Source of the DNA: Opitutales bacterium
GTDB taxonomy: Bacteria > Verrucomicrobiota > Verrucomicrobiia > Opitutales > PNEW01
NCBI GenBank assembly: GCA_965197745.1
Contig: CBDANS010000007.1
Coordinates: forward strand, 1,344,001 to 1,408,000
Length of the DNA stretch: 64,000 nucleotides
Reading direction: 5' to 3'
The notes beneath the pieces are model-generated. The model was given only the letters and a program-made list of their open reading frames with translations. It made no database searches and had not been told where the DNA came from. Both the position numbers and the translations under genes were made by a program. Shown here piece after piece: positions 54,096-64,000 of the stretch (its first letter is position 1; each line of letters opens with the position of its first letter).

Positions 54096-54686
54096 CTATT
54101 CTAAGTCGCCTTTCGAGGGCTTATCATTTTGCTTAATTAAATCAATAAGACGTTCCACCCCGACACTGAGTTGCGCTTCGAGAAAATCTATTCGGCGGGT
54201 TAAATAGCTGTTACCGACAAGCGCCGGAATGGCGATGGATAGACCAAGCATCGTCGTTGTTAAGGCGAGGGCAATACCCTGGATAAATATATCGGGGTCG
54301 GGCATTCCAGTATCCGGTGAGACGTTGGCAAATACCTGGATTAATCCCGTTACGGTACCCAGAAGTCCAATCAGTGGCGCCGCGCTGACGACGATATCGA
54401 GAAGGAACAGTCCGCGTTCCATGTGTGATACTTCCAATCGGGCATAGGCTTTTAACTGTTCTGTATCAGGCGCGTTTACCCGATAGAAATTCAGTATCCT
54501 CGCGCTGACCGATCCATCATAAATCTGTGGAATTTCGCCCTTAATGAAACTATCAGCCATTTCTTCTGGAATGACTCGACTTTGGCGTAAAGCAATAAGC
54601 CTCTCGATAAATATAAAGACAGCGATCAGGGAACATATAAGTAATGGCCAAAAAAATATGCCGGCGCCTTCAATAATGTTGATCAT
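54096..54686 (-). CDS. MotA/TolQ/ExbB proton-channel protein
   Basis: AAPLIGLLGTVTG, GIALALTTT..GL..AIPA. Confidence 0.92.
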   Translation of the reverse strand: MINIIEGAGIFFWPLLICSLIAVFIFIERLIALRQSRVIPEEMADSFIKGEIPQIYDGSVSARILNFYRVNAPDTEQLKAYARLEVSHMERGLFLLDIVVSAAPLIGLLGTVTGLIQVFANVSPDTGMPDPDIFIQGIALALTTTMLGLSIAIPALVGNSYLTRRIDFLEAQLSVGVERLIDLIKQNDKPSKGDLE

Positions 54687-54839
54687 ACAATTAGCTATGT
54701 CGGGGGGTATTTATCTCTAATCTCGCTAAGTAATTTAAAAATTTAATGCTTTCTGTATTAGCATGAAGGGGATATTAAATTCCTCTTCAGGTCACTGGGG
54801 GATCGACTAAGAGATGAAGTTTAATCATGTCGATCAAGA

Positions 54840-56006
54840 TTATTTTTTTGCCTCTTTCAAAGCGGCGGCCAAATCGGCAACGAGATCTTCAGCGCTTTCA
54901 ATCCCGGTTGAGATACGAATGATGCCCGGTGTAATCCCCGCTTCCCGTCTGGCCGTTTCATTCATGGCGGCATGACTCATTGACCAGGGTTGTTCGATCA
55001 GTGATTCAACCCCCCCTAAACTTACACTGAGATGAAAATATTTTAAGTTTTTAAAAAAAATAACAATATCCGCGTTTTCCAGATCCAATTCGAAAGAGAG
55101 TATGCCGCCAAATCCTTGCTGTTGCTTTTTAGCCAACTGGTGTTGGGGGTGGTCTTTCAAGCCAGGATAAAAAACCGTTTTCACTAAGGCATGTGCCTTA
55201 AGAAAGGCTGCAATTTCATGGGCATTACGCAGGTGGCAATCCATTCGAGGAACGAGTGTTTTTATGCCACGCAGTGCGAGCCATGCATCAAAGGGTGGGG
55301 CGCCCGTCCCCAATGCATTTACCAGAAATCCAATTTTTTCACTTATATTTGCGGTGCGTGTTACCACCGCTCCCCCCAGCATGTCAGAATGCCCGTTCAG
55401 GTATTTTGTCGTTGAATGAAGAACGAGATCAACTCCGAATTCAATGGGACGTTGAAGGAGGGGAGTCATGAAGGTATTATCAAGAGCGGTAAGGATATCA
55501 TGCTTGCGCGCGATATCGACAACGGCCTTGATATCAACTATATTGAGGAGAGGATTAGTTGGCGTTTCGATATATATGAGGCGGGTATTGGAACGGACTG
55601 CGGCGGCGATGGATTCAGTTTTAGTCATGTCGATTAGACTGAATTCCAGTCCGAATTTTGATAGCACATTAGTAAACAGTCGAAATGTGCCGCCATAAAG
55701 TTCATGCCCGCATATGACATGATCCCCGGCCTGCAGAAGCATTAACGCGGTATGAATGGCAGACATACCGGTATTCGTGGCAAAAGCTGCATGGCCACCT
55801 TCTAATTTAGCTATACTCTCGTTGAGCGCCTGCCGCGTTGGGTTTCCGGTCCGCGTGTAGTCATAGGGGGGTGGATCATCCACCGCATTAAAATAAAAGG
55901 TTGAAGTCGTATAAATGGGAGTAGTAACCGAGTTATACTGGTCGTCTTTATATACCCCGGTATGAACCGCATCGGTCTGCGGGTGGACATCCTTTGATCG
56001 AGCCAT
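54840..56006 (-). CDS. Cystathionine gamma-synthase/lyase family PLP enzyme
   Basis: YTRTGNPT, ETPTNP, DNTF, HSTTKYLNGHSD, SLGGVESL. Confidence 0.92.
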   Translation of the reverse strand: MARSKDVHPQTDAVHTGVYKDDQYNSVTTPIYTTSTFYFNAVDDPPPYDYTRTGNPTRQALNESIAKLEGGHAAFATNTGMSAIHTALMLLQAGDHVICGHELYGGTFRLFTNVLSKFGLEFSLIDMTKTESIAAAVRSNTRLIYIETPTNPLLNIVDIKAVVDIARKHDILTALDNTFMTPLLQRPIEFGVDLVLHSTTKYLNGHSDMLGGAVVTRTANISEKIGFLVNALGTGAPPFDAWLALRGIKTLVPRMDCHLRNAHEIAAFLKAHALVKTVFYPGLKDHPQHQLAKKQQQGFGGILSFELDLENADIVIFFKNLKYFHLSVSLGGVESLIEQPWSMSHAAMNETARREAGITPGIIRISTGIESAEDLVADLAAALKEAKK

Positions 56007-56026
56007 CTTTAAGTGGAAGAGGGGAA

Positions 56027-56632
56027 TTATTGATTGTCAATATCGGGCAATGACACCGCCATACGATCAACATTCTCTACTCCTTCAAGGAGTTCACCAA
56101 TTGGATCCCAGGATCCCGAAATTAGACTTTCCTTCGCCCCTTCCTTTATGGTGCTGTCAAAATATTCATCCCCAATGCTTATTTTGAGATTTTCCATATC
56201 GATAGTGATTACGGTTTCGGGATCGCTCTTCACGGTAGCGCTTAGTTTTTGAATAACTTCAGTTTTCACTGTCAGACAGGGCATTCCTAATTGGGTTGAA
56301 TTGCCAAAAAAGATTTCCGCAAACCCTTCAGTAATAAGAGCGCGAAATCCGGCTCGGTATAAGGCTTGAGGGGCATGCTCGCGAGAGCTGCCGCAACCAA
56401 AATTGTTATTACTAATGAGTATACTCGCCTCGCTGTATTTCGGGTCGTTTAAAATATGATCCTTCTCCGTCCCGTCCTCTTTATGACGCAGATCGTAAAA
56501 CAGATAGTCACCGAGCCCGTCAAATGTTATACACTTCATATAGCGAGCGGGTATGATGCGGTCGGTGTCGATATCATCACCGGGGAGATAAACACCTTTG
56601 CCAATAACTTTTATAATTTTCTCCAATGCCAT
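56027..56632 (-). CDS. leuD: 3-isopropylmalate dehydratase small subunit
   Basis: DIDTDRIIPAR, NFGCGSSREHAP, FAEIF. Confidence 0.97.
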   Translation of the reverse strand: MALEKIIKVIGKGVYLPGDDIDTDRIIPARYMKCITFDGLGDYLFYDLRHKEDGTEKDHILNDPKYSEASILISNNNFGCGSSREHAPQALYRAGFRALITEGFAEIFFGNSTQLGMPCLTVKTEVIQKLSATVKSDPETVITIDMENLKISIGDEYFDSTIKEGAKESLISGSWDPIGELLEGVENVDRMAVSLPDIDNQ

Positions 56633-56658
56633 ATCAATGCATAGTAAAGCGGGGTAGC

Positions 56659-58083
56659 TTAGACTCCGGAAGGTTCGAGTACACCAAAGACCTCTCGCGC
56701 ATCACTGATTTCACCAGTTACTGCTGCTGCCGCAACCATCAGCGGGCTCATAAGAATAGTTCTGCCTGTGGGACTCCCCTGGCGGCCTTTGAAATTACGG
56801 TTGCTGGAACTCGCGCATAACTGGTCGCCAATCAGCTTGTCAGGGTTCATGGCCAGGCACATGGAACATCCTGCTCCCCGCCATTCAAATCCTGCTTTCG
56901 TAAATATATCATCCAACCCCATTTCCTCCGCAAGCTTAGCCACAATTTGGGATCCCGGGACGACAAGCGCTTTCACGTTGGGTGCGACATGATGACCTTC
57001 AATATATTTGGCCGCCTCTTTCAAATCATTGATACGGGCATTGGTGCAGGAACCGATGAAGGCGACATCGATTTTTGTGCCTTTAATTGGTGAGTCAGGA
57101 ACAAACTTCATGTGTTCGAGTGCTTCTAAAACGCCGTCTCTATCATCGGCTGGCACTTGATCGGGGTCGGGTATATTTTCATCAATAAAAATTGCCTGCC
57201 CCGGATTTATGCCCCAGGTAACGGTGGGTGCTATATCTTCCGCGCGGATAGCGACCACATCATCATAATCGCAGTCCTCATCAGAGGCGAATGATTTCCA
57301 TCTTTCAACCGCATCATCCCAGGCAGTGCCTTTCGGTGCGTAAGGTCGTCCCTGGAGGTATTCATAGGTCGTTGCATCCGGGTTTACATAACCCGCACGC
57401 GCACCGCCCTCAATCGACATATTACATACCGTCATACGTTCTTCCATTGAGAAGCGATCTAATATTTCACCACCATATTCATAGGCAAAGCCGGTTCCGC
57501 CATTCACTCCCAGGACACGGATAATATGTAGAATAACATCTTTGGCATATACCCCTGGGGAGAGAACTCCGTCTATATTAATGCGGCGCACCTTGAGTTT
57601 GTTCAGAGCAATAGTCTGGGTAGCGAGAATGTCGCGAATTTGTGAAGTGCCAATGCCAAAGGCAATAGTGCCGAAGGCTCCATGGGTTGAGGTGTGAGAG
57701 TCCCCGCAGGCAATCGTTGTTCCCGGTTGGGTTATGCCCTGTTCTGGCCCGACAATGTGCAGAATTCCCTGTTTTCCTGAATGTGTATCAAAAAAAGTAA
57801 TTCCGGTATCTTCACAGTTTTTGCGCATCTCTTTGATCATGGCATCAGCCAAATCATCAGTATAAGGCTCTTTTTTCTCATCCGTGGGGACAATATGATC
57901 GACCGTGGCAAACGTTCTTTGGGGATATCGGACTTTTAAACCCAATTCATTAAGCATGCCAAATGCTTGCGGGCTTGTGACCTCATGGACGAGGTGAGTG
58001 CCAATAAACAGTTGTGTCTGACCGTTAGACAGTTCTCGAACGGTGTGGGCATCCCATACTTTTTCGAATAAATTTTTTCCCAT
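56659..58083 (-). CDS. leuC: 3-isopropylmalate dehydratase large subunit
   Basis: [34 protein letters not shown]. Confidence 0.98.
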   Translation of the reverse strand: MGKNLFEKVWDAHTVRELSNGQTQLFIGTHLVHEVTSPQAFGMLNELGLKVRYPQRTFATVDHIVPTDEKKEPYTDDLADAMIKEMRKNCEDTGITFFDTHSGKQGILHIVGPEQGITQPGTTIACGDSHTSTHGAFGTIAFGIGTSQIRDILATQTIALNKLKVRRINIDGVLSPGVYAKDVILHIIRVLGVNGGTGFAYEYGGEILDRFSMEERMTVCNMSIEGGARAGYVNPDATTYEYLQGRPYAPKGTAWDDAVERWKSFASDEDCDYDDVVAIRAEDIAPTVTWGINPGQAIFIDENIPDPDQVPADDRDGVLEALEHMKFVPDSPIKGTKIDVAFIGSCTNARINDLKEAAKYIEGHHVAPNVKALVVPGSQIVAKLAEEMGLDDIFTKAGFEWRGAGCSMCLAMNPDKLIGDQLCASSSNRNFKGRQGSPTGRTILMSPLMVAAAAVTGEISDAREVFGVLEPSGV

Positions 58084-58210
58084 AAAGCCAGCCTAAATCG
58101 TAAAATTGAATCAGTTAACTTAATAGTATACTCCCAACGCGCAACTACAAAGGTTTAGAATAGGATGTCATCCAGCGTAATTAAGGACATTTATGAACCG
58201 ATAAATCCAC

Positions 58211-59530
58211 TTAAGTTTCCATTTCAACTAAGAATCTTCTAATACGGTTCAAAACGTTTTCTTTGCCCAATACCTGCAGCATGGCGTAAAAGCCTGGCCC
58301 GACATTAGTTCCCGATACTGCCAGCCGGGTCGGGTGGATATATTCCCCGCTACTTACATTATGGTTCACGGTCAGACTTTCTACCGTTTTTTCGAGGATC
58401 TCCTCTGAAAAATCATCCAGGGTTTCAATAACCGATAAAAACTCATTTAAGCGCGCAAGCGGTTCTCCTTTTTTGAATATTTTTTGTTTCGCTTTCTCAT
58501 TTATCAAATATTTTTCTGTGAAAAAGTATGCACAGTATCCGGGTAATTCTTCAATTGAGCGCACTTTCTCACGACAGATTCTCAAAACGTCCTGAAGGAA
58601 ATCTTCATCCACGTCTTCCGGAATGATCTTAGATTCATTCAAGACCGGCCGGCATAACCAGCTAAAAGTTTCCAGGGGAAGAGCACGCAGGTAATTTGTA
58701 TTAATAAATGCAAGTTTCTTCTCGTCGAAGCGCGCGTTGTTTTTATTGATGCCCGCGAGGTCGAATAGCTGAATGATCTCATCGATCGGTAGAATCTCAC
58801 GGTCGTCTTTAGGTGACCACCCGAGAAGACAGAGATAATTGCGCACGGCATCAGCAAGGAAATAACGCTGTTCATATTCTTCAATGAGTGATCCTTTATC
58901 ACGCTTGCTCATTTTTCCGGGACCCTGTTGCTTTAGAATGAGTGGGATATGAGCGTAGTGGGGCAGTTCTGCCCCGAAGGCTTTAAAAAGTTCAGTGTGT
59001 TTGCTCGTATTGGATAAATGATCTTCACCGCGTATAATATGGGTAATTCCCATGGTTAAATCGTCTACAACGTTAACAAAGTGAAAGACGGGGGAGCCAT
59101 CTGAGCGAAATATAACGAAGTCTTTCTCTTCAGTCCGTTCCACTCGGCCGCGAACAGCATCTTCGATAACCTGGGGTTGACCGGTTATTTTGAAATAGAT
59201 CGCGCCGTCTTTTTCATAAGCGCGATCATCGCTTTGCAACTGCTCAAGATGGGAGCGATATATATCATTGCGTTCACTCTGGAAGTAGGGGCCGTATTCG
59301 CCACCGGCTTCCGGGCCTTCATCCCAATTAAGCCCCAGCCACTTCATTCCATTATATAATTTATTAATCGCCTCGTCCGTATTGCGCTCCTTGTCTGTGT
59401 CTTCAATGCGCAGAACAAAAGTTCCCTCGGTGTGACGCGCATAGAGCCAGTTAAAAAGAGCAGTACGCGCACTGCCAATATGAAATAAACCAGTGGGACT
59501 GGGAGCGAATCTGACTCTTACCTTTGACAT
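58211..59530 (-). CDS. gltX: Glutamate-tRNA ligase
   Basis: [14 protein letters not shown] (ATG at 59530), HIG, RIEDTD, IRGEDH, KMSKR. Confidence 0.93.
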   Translation of the reverse strand: MSKVRVRFAPSPTGLFHIGSARTALFNWLYARHTEGTFVLRIEDTDKERNTDEAINKLYNGMKWLGLNWDEGPEAGGEYGPYFQSERNDIYRSHLEQLQSDDRAYEKDGAIYFKITGQPQVIEDAVRGRVERTEEKDFVIFRSDGSPVFHFVNVVDDLTMGITHIIRGEDHLSNTSKHTELFKAFGAELPHYAHIPLILKQQGPGKMSKRDKGSLIEEYEQRYFLADAVRNYLCLLGWSPKDDREILPIDEIIQLFDLAGINKNNARFDEKKLAFINTNYLRALPLETFSWLCRPVLNESKIIPEDVDEDFLQDVLRICREKVRSIEELPGYCAYFFTEKYLINEKAKQKIFKKGEPLARLNEFLSVIETLDDFSEEILEKTVESLTVNHNVSSGEYIHPTRLAVSGTNVGPGFYAMLQVLGKENVLNRIRRFLVEMET

Positions 59531-59537
59531 CTTAAAA

Positions 59538-60380
59538 TTAAACCTGAGGGGAGTTACTATTATCCTTTGAAGAAATAATTTGTTCTTCCTTGTCAATTAT
59601 TGATTCAATCTCATGAGCAGATAAACCCATCTTATCCTCGCAAAATTGTGTCATATCTTGAGGGAATGGCGCCTTAAAAATTAATTCAGGCTCGAAATCA
59701 TGAAAAGAAACGATGGAAGCATGAAGGGCTTGGCGATGATGGGGCAGCTTCATTTCCAATCTGTCGGTCCAACCTTTTTCGATAAACTCGAGATACAAAG
59801 TATCATCGGGTCCATATATTTTATCGCCAACGATGGTGTGACCCAACCATTGGGCGTGCACGCGAATCTGGTGTTTTCGGCCCGTTACGGGTTCTACCTT
59901 AGCGAGGGTGTAACCTTGACTCACAGCAAGAGGGATAAATGTTGTTATCGCTTTTCGCGATGTTCGCGAGCGGCGGACGGCCTGCTTGATATAGACTTTG
60001 CTTTGCATGTCCCGCGCCAGGTGCTGATCGACAATCTTGATGCTTGACAGTTCACCGTTGAGTAAAGCGTGGTAAGTTTTTCTTACGTTCCGCTGCTCAA
60101 TCGCCATCTGACATTGACGTGACCACTGCTTGTTTTTTGTTAAAATCACCACACCGCTTGTTTCACGGTCCAATCGGCTGACAAGGTGCAATATATTCAA
60201 TCCGGTGTATTCACGACAGGCACCCACGAGGCTGGAAAACGGGCCGTTTTTTGAGGGATGGCACGGGATCCATCCGGGTTTGTCGATGACGAGAAAGTCG
60301 TCGTCTTCCCTTAATATCCACTTTTTTAAATCTCTCAGTTCAATGAGGGGTGGATCGGCAGAGCAATTTTCCATAATCAT
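59538..60380 (-). CDS. RluA-family pseudouridine synthase
   Basis: [33 protein letters not shown]. Confidence 0.93.
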   Translation of the reverse strand: MIMENCSADPPLIELRDLKKWILREDDDFLVIDKPGWIPCHPSKNGPFSSLVGACREYTGLNILHLVSRLDRETSGVVILTKNKQWSRQCQMAIEQRNVRKTYHALLNGELSSIKIVDQHLARDMQSKVYIKQAVRRSRTSRKAITTFIPLAVSQGYTLAKVEPVTGRKHQIRVHAQWLGHTIVGDKIYGPDDTLYLEFIEKGWTDRLEMKLPHHRQALHASIVSFHDFEPELIFKAPFPQDMTQFCEDKMGLSAHEIESIIDKEEQIISSKDNSNSPQV

Positions 60381-60412
60381 AATCAGAAGGAATGAATAAC
60401 TTTCAGATAAAT

Positions 60413-61243
60413 TTACTTCTTTTGCAATTGTTCCAATCGCGCAATACGAAGACCAAAAGCAGCGAGTTTAGTGACTATCACTTTCGGGAGTTTTGAGGAG
60501 AGGAAGACAAGCAGCTGATTATTCCAGCCGGAGACGGCCAGGGATTTATTTTTAACCAATGCTTTTAATGCCGCATTGACTACTTCTATGGATGTTTGAC
60601 CCGGATACTTGCTCATGGGTGATTCCGTGAAGCCCGCCCGGATAAAGAATTGTGTTTTTGTGGGACCCGGGCAGAGGGCGAGGGCGCTGACACCGGTTCC
60701 TTTAAGGTCTTCATTTAAGGCCAGGCTCCAGTGTAGAAGAAATGCTTTTGTTGCCGCGTATGTCGCCATATAGGGGAGGGGTTGAAATGCGGCGGTAGAA
60801 GCGACGTTCAAGATTACGCCCCCCCGTTCAGTGAGCAGGGGCAGCATCGTAGCCGTAAGATATACCGGGGCGCGAATATTGACGTCCAGCATATTGAGAT
60901 GCGTCTCGCTATCGGGTTCCGGAAATTGCCCGTAACTGCCAAATCCACTGTTATTTATAAGGAGTATTTTCCCTATATCTTCATTATCTTTAAGTAAATT
61001 AATCAATTTCGCGGTTTGTGTCACTATTTCGTCCGAATTGCTGAAATCACAGGGGAGGTGAACAAGTTCTTTACCGCTCCATTTTAAGGTGGGTTTTGTG
61101 CGAGAAAGGTTGCAAAAAAGCGCTCCGTCATTTAGGCTTTTTACAGCTTTGAGAAAATGCTCACCTATACCTGATGAGCCCCCTGTGACGACAATTGTGG
61201 AAAATCGGCTAAGGGTAGACTTGATAGCTTTGTTATTCACCAT
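60413..61243 (-). CDS. SDR-family oxidoreductase
   Basis: TGGSSGIG, NNSG, YAATK, CPGPT. Confidence 0.93.
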   Translation of the reverse strand: MVNNKAIKSTLSRFSTIVVTGGSSGIGEHFLKAVKSLNDGALFCNLSRTKPTLKWSGKELVHLPCDFSNSDEIVTQTAKLINLLKDNEDIGKILLINNSGFGSYGQFPEPDSETHLNMLDVNIRAPVYLTATMLPLLTERGGVILNVASTAAFQPLPYMATYAATKAFLLHWSLALNEDLKGTGVSALALCPGPTKTQFFIRAGFTESPMSKYPGQTSIEVVNAALKALVKNKSLAVSGWNNQLLVFLSSKLPKVIVTKLAAFGLRIARLEQLQKK

Positions 61244-61305
61244 TTACGAGGGCAGCAGTTAGCCCCGGATTCATTAATTATTAGCACTAATACAAGGTAA
61301 TATAT

Positions 61306-61680
61306 ATGAAAAACAACAACCATGAACTGATAATATCGGGTGTTCACCTGGATCTGACTGAAGCACTTAAAGAAATCGTGAATGAAAAAATTGAAAAGCT
61401 TTTTCGACACGAAGATCATATTATCAGAATACGAGTTGAACTTGAATTTAATTCCAACGTATCCAAGCAAAACGAGTATATTGCCAAAGGTCATATTGAA
61501 ATATATGGGAAACCCCTGGTTGTAAAGGAAGCTTCGAACGATCTTTATAAGTCCATCGATCTATTAGTGGATAAACTTGATCGCATGTTGCGTCGGCGTT
61601 CGCGCTTGCGAAAAGTGAAACGCATGCACCCGCACGATATCGATATACCAGCGGAAATACCAAAAACACAGACTGCTTAA
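61306..61680 (+). CDS. raiA: Ribosome hibernation factor HPF/RaiA
   Basis: ISGVHLDLTEALKEIVNEKIEKL, DLYKSID...KLDRML. Confidence 0.9.
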   Translation: MKNNNHELIISGVHLDLTEALKEIVNEKIEKLFRHEDHIIRIRVELEFNSNVSKQNEYIAKGHIEIYGKPLVVKEASNDLYKSIDLLVDKLDRMLRRRSRLRKVKRMHPHDIDIPAEIPKTQTA

Positions 61681-61695
61681 CTTTTAGCGTATCCG

Positions 61696-61739
61696 TATAT
61701 AAAAAGCCCGTGAGGATCTTCTCACGGGCTTTTTATATA
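61696..61739. terminator. Rho-independent terminator, bidirectional form
   Basis: AAAAAGCCCGTGAG-GATCTT-CTCACGGGCTTTTT just after raiA. Confidence 0.9.
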
Positions 61740-61863
61740 GCTTTACCTTATCTTGAATTGATTTAGTAACTTTATGCTTTATTTAGATTTTCTGCTCAGA
61801 GAGAATGGACAAGCAATTCAGGTAGTGTTTTTAAAATTCAATAATATTTAACCGTTTCTTCCT

Positions 61864-62238
61864 ATGGCTAAACATTCTATTAATTATGGAATAATTATAA
61901 TCGCTGTTAGTATCGCCTTTTATATCGGAACATACAGGGTCAGCATGACTGCATTGATCCCGGGAATAATGGGAGTTGTCATGGTCATTTGCGGTTTGCT
62001 CGCACGCAAGGAAAGTCGTCGCAAACACATGATGCACGTGTCGGCAGTTGTTGCTTTAATCGGTTTTCTGGCTACCGCAGAAGGATTATTCAGGTTGATC
62101 GGAATGATGAGCGGCAAAGAAGTCGAGCGTTCCATAGCATTCATTGAAATGGCGATCACTTCGGTTATATTCCTCCTCTATGTTATCTCCTCGGTTCAGT
62201 CCTTTCGAGAGGCGCGGAGGAATAGAGGGGCAGAGTGA
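61864..62238 (+). CDS. Hypothetical four-helix membrane protein
   Basis: Four hydrophobic segments; SMTALIP and RKHMMHVSA. Confidence 0.75.
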   Translation: MAKHSINYGIIIIAVSIAFYIGTYRVSMTALIPGIMGVVMVICGLLARKESRRKHMMHVSAVVALIGFLATAEGLFRLIGMMSGKEVERSIAFIEMAITSVIFLLYVISSVQSFREARRNRGAE

Positions 62239-62389
62239 TCAGTGATCAAATTAGCTTCGTCTTCGTCCGCCTCTGCCTCTTGTAGGTTACCCCGCGATGA
62301 TAAGACAACCTTTTGAGTCCTTCCGAGAATGGGTCATCGTAACACGTCGGAGGAAGGACTGGAAAAAGCTTTCAACAGTGTCTACGGTT

Positions 62390-62586
62390 GAGAGTGCCAG
62401 GAACTCCCGACTCCTAATAAGAGGAGCCGGGAGCAAATCGGAAGAGTTCATTCTGCCTCTGGAACCCGCGTTAGCGGAGTTCAAGACGAAGCCTGGGAAC
62501 TTCCGATCTAACCTGGCTAATCTCAAACAATTGAAAGAGCCCGGATTATACCCCCGCGAGCTCATCTTGACAAGACCGAGATAGCC
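62390..62586 (+). ncRNA. Predicted IS110 bridge RNA (ends approximate)
   Basis: Target guides TCTGCCTCT (62452-62460) and AGACGAAG (62484-62491); donor guides ACAATTG (62527-62533) and ACAAG (62570-62574); each pair sits in a stem-closed internal loop. Confidence 0.8.
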
Positions 62587-63519
62587 ATGAATGAAAAAAA
62601 ACACACCCTCATCGCCATAGATATAGCCAAAAACACCTTGCAAGTGCAAAGTGCAGAGCAAAGTTACGCTCTAAGCAACGACAAGTCGGGACTCAAAGAA
62701 CTGCTCAAAGCCATAGGAAAGATGGATGCCCCCTTTGTGGTGTGCGAAGCCACAGGAGGCTACGAGCGCGCCTTGTTGAGCGCTTTGCATGAAGCGCAGA
62801 TTGTGGTGTGCCTGATTAATCCTGCGCGCGTACGGGCCTTCGCCACGAGCGATGGCATCCGTGCAAAGACCGATAAGATCGATGCCAAGGTATTGCTGCG
62901 CTTTGCTCAGCAAAAGCAGTTGTCCCCAACAGCTCCCCCGACACCCGAACAGCAACAGATGACTGCTTTACTGGATCGACGCCATCATCTGAGCGAACAG
63001 CTTGGCCGCGAGAAGAACCGCTTGCAGAACAGTCCCAAGAGCATCCACCTTTCCATCCAACGCATGATCCGTTTCGTTGAGAACGAAATCGATCGCATCG
63101 ACAAACAGCTGCGATTGCTCATCAACGAGAATGATCCACTGCGTGCGAAAGCCGAACTTATCGCTTCAGTCAAAGGAGTCGGTGAAGTGACGACTTGGAC
63201 CCTCCTGGCTTATATGAGCGAAATGACTCATCTGGGCCGCAATCAGTTGGTCGCTCTTGCCGGTCTGGCTCCCTATAATCGTGACAGTGGCAAGACCCAT
63301 TCTAAGCGATCGATAAAAGGAGGTCGTGCCAAAGTCAGAAAATGTCTCTATATGGCTGCTCGCACCGCGGCTCAACATAACCCCGTGATCAAACCTTATG
63401 TGCAGAGGTTAGTCGATCGGGGAATGCCTTACAAATGTGCTCTCGTTGCGGCCATGAGAAAACTCCTTATTCATCTGCAGTCCCTTCTTAAAAAACATCA
63501 ATTAGCTCTTGCTTCATGA
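62587..63519 (+). CDS. IS110 DEDD recombinase/transposase
   Basis: IAIDIAK (D), CEATGGYE (E), KTDKIDA (D, D), GLAPYNRDSG (catalytic Ser loop), AAMRKLL. Confidence 0.96.
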   Translation: MNEKKHTLIAIDIAKNTLQVQSAEQSYALSNDKSGLKELLKAIGKMDAPFVVCEATGGYERALLSALHEAQIVVCLINPARVRAFATSDGIRAKTDKIDAKVLLRFAQQKQLSPTAPPTPEQQQMTALLDRRHHLSEQLGREKNRLQNSPKSIHLSIQRMIRFVENEIDRIDKQLRLLINENDPLRAKAELIASVKGVGEVTTWTLLAYMSEMTHLGRNQLVALAGLAPYNRDSGKTHSKRSIKGGRAKVRKCLYMAARTAAQHNPVIKPYVQRLVDRGMPYKCALVAAMRKLLIHLQSLLKKHQLALAS

Positions 63520-63752
63520 CACAATTGCTTCGTCCTCCCAGGTATTTACAATAATATCAAGGTAGAACACGCTGCCTGACGGCCATAAACTTTGCGACGG
63601 CTGTTCCCTGGCGCGTTTAATTATGTCGTAATTGAAGAAGCGTGCTAAGGACCAACTTTCGTCCCGCGATGGCGGGACTATGGCTGGCAGGCAGCCCGCT
63701 CCACCTTTCTTACTTTTTAATCTTTTTGTGCTTTTTGTGGCTATTTCAATAT

Positions 63753-63787
63753 AGACGTAGACGAAGAGGCAGACGAAGACGAAGCTA
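63753..63787 (-). repeat. GACGAAG-family repeat, inverted partner of 62252-62280
   Basis: AGACGTAGACGAAGAGGCAGACGAAGACGAAGCTA; its reverse complement shares TAGCTTCGTCTTCGTC with 62252-62267. Confidence 0.75.
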
Positions 63788-63894
63788 TATACTTTCTTAT
63801 GCTTCGAAGGGGAGACCTAAAATACTCTTGGCAGGAATATCCATCTTCTCCTTGATATTCGCGCTCACTTACTACTAAATGGCCACTTCATTAA

Positions 63895-63968
63895 GCGCCG
63901 CTAGCTCAATTGGATAGAGCACCTGATTACGGATCAGGAGGTTGGGGGTTCGACTCCCTCGCGGCGTG
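63895..63968 (+). tRNA. tRNA-Arg(ACG)
   Basis: GCGCCGCTAGCTCAATTGGATAGAGCA-CCTGA-TT-ACG-GA-TCAGG-AGGTTGGGGGTTCGACTCCCTCGCGGCGTG; CCA is not encoded (followed by CAA). Confidence 0.96.
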
Positions 63969-64000
63969 CAATGGATATTCAACAAATTACATAATTCATA

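Larger units (their letters stand above)
62281..63529 (+). mobile_element. IS110-family element (bridge recombinase), intact
   Basis: Bounded by the CT core (62279-62280 and 63528-63529); long non-coding left end; removing it restores TCTGCCTCTTCGTC, which matches the repeat at 63759-63773. Confidence 0.9.

Noticed and set aside
62297..62584. 95-aa ORF upstream of the IS110 transposase
   Set aside because: It overlaps the structured non-coding left end that carries the bridge-RNA guides; no protein motif.
191..63378. Many short antisense or nested ORFs in the track
   Set aside because: They overlap well-supported genes on the other strand or frame and lack motifs.
63642..63878. 78-aa ORF with a poly-Arg stretch
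   Set aside because: The Arg run is a translation of the GACGAAG repeat; the region is repeat-rich intergenic DNA.

Overview
Bacterial chromosomal window, most likely from Verrucomicrobiota (Opitutales-like); this is inferred from gene content and protein style. Most of it is housekeeping backbone: aroE, yggS, a LysR regulator, a Cu-ATPase, hisI, prfB with its +1 frameshift, surE, pnp, rpsO, LPS/glycan genes, sppA, sufT, xerC, sucCD, uvrB, fabV, exbBD-like genes, leuCD, gltX, hpf and three tRNAs (Pro-GGG, Lys-TTT, Arg-ACG). An accessory island from about 7.2 to 22.7 kb starts with a tyrosine integrase beside tRNA-Lys. It holds three IS3-family elements, a broken-up array of ABC permease genes, a truncated sialidase-like gene, a PhyH dioxygenase and two tandem secreted Ig-domain paralogues. 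Two signals stand out. First, 32-43 nt GCGAAGC-hairpin inserts related to a local palindromic repeat sit in conserved motifs of two different IS3 transposases, two of them identical and at the homologous codon. Second, an intact IS110 element (62281-63529) has bridge-RNA target and donor guides that can be read directly; it targets a GACGAAG repeat family, with a vacant perfect target nearby and a 55-bp relic of a related left end at 28.25 kb.
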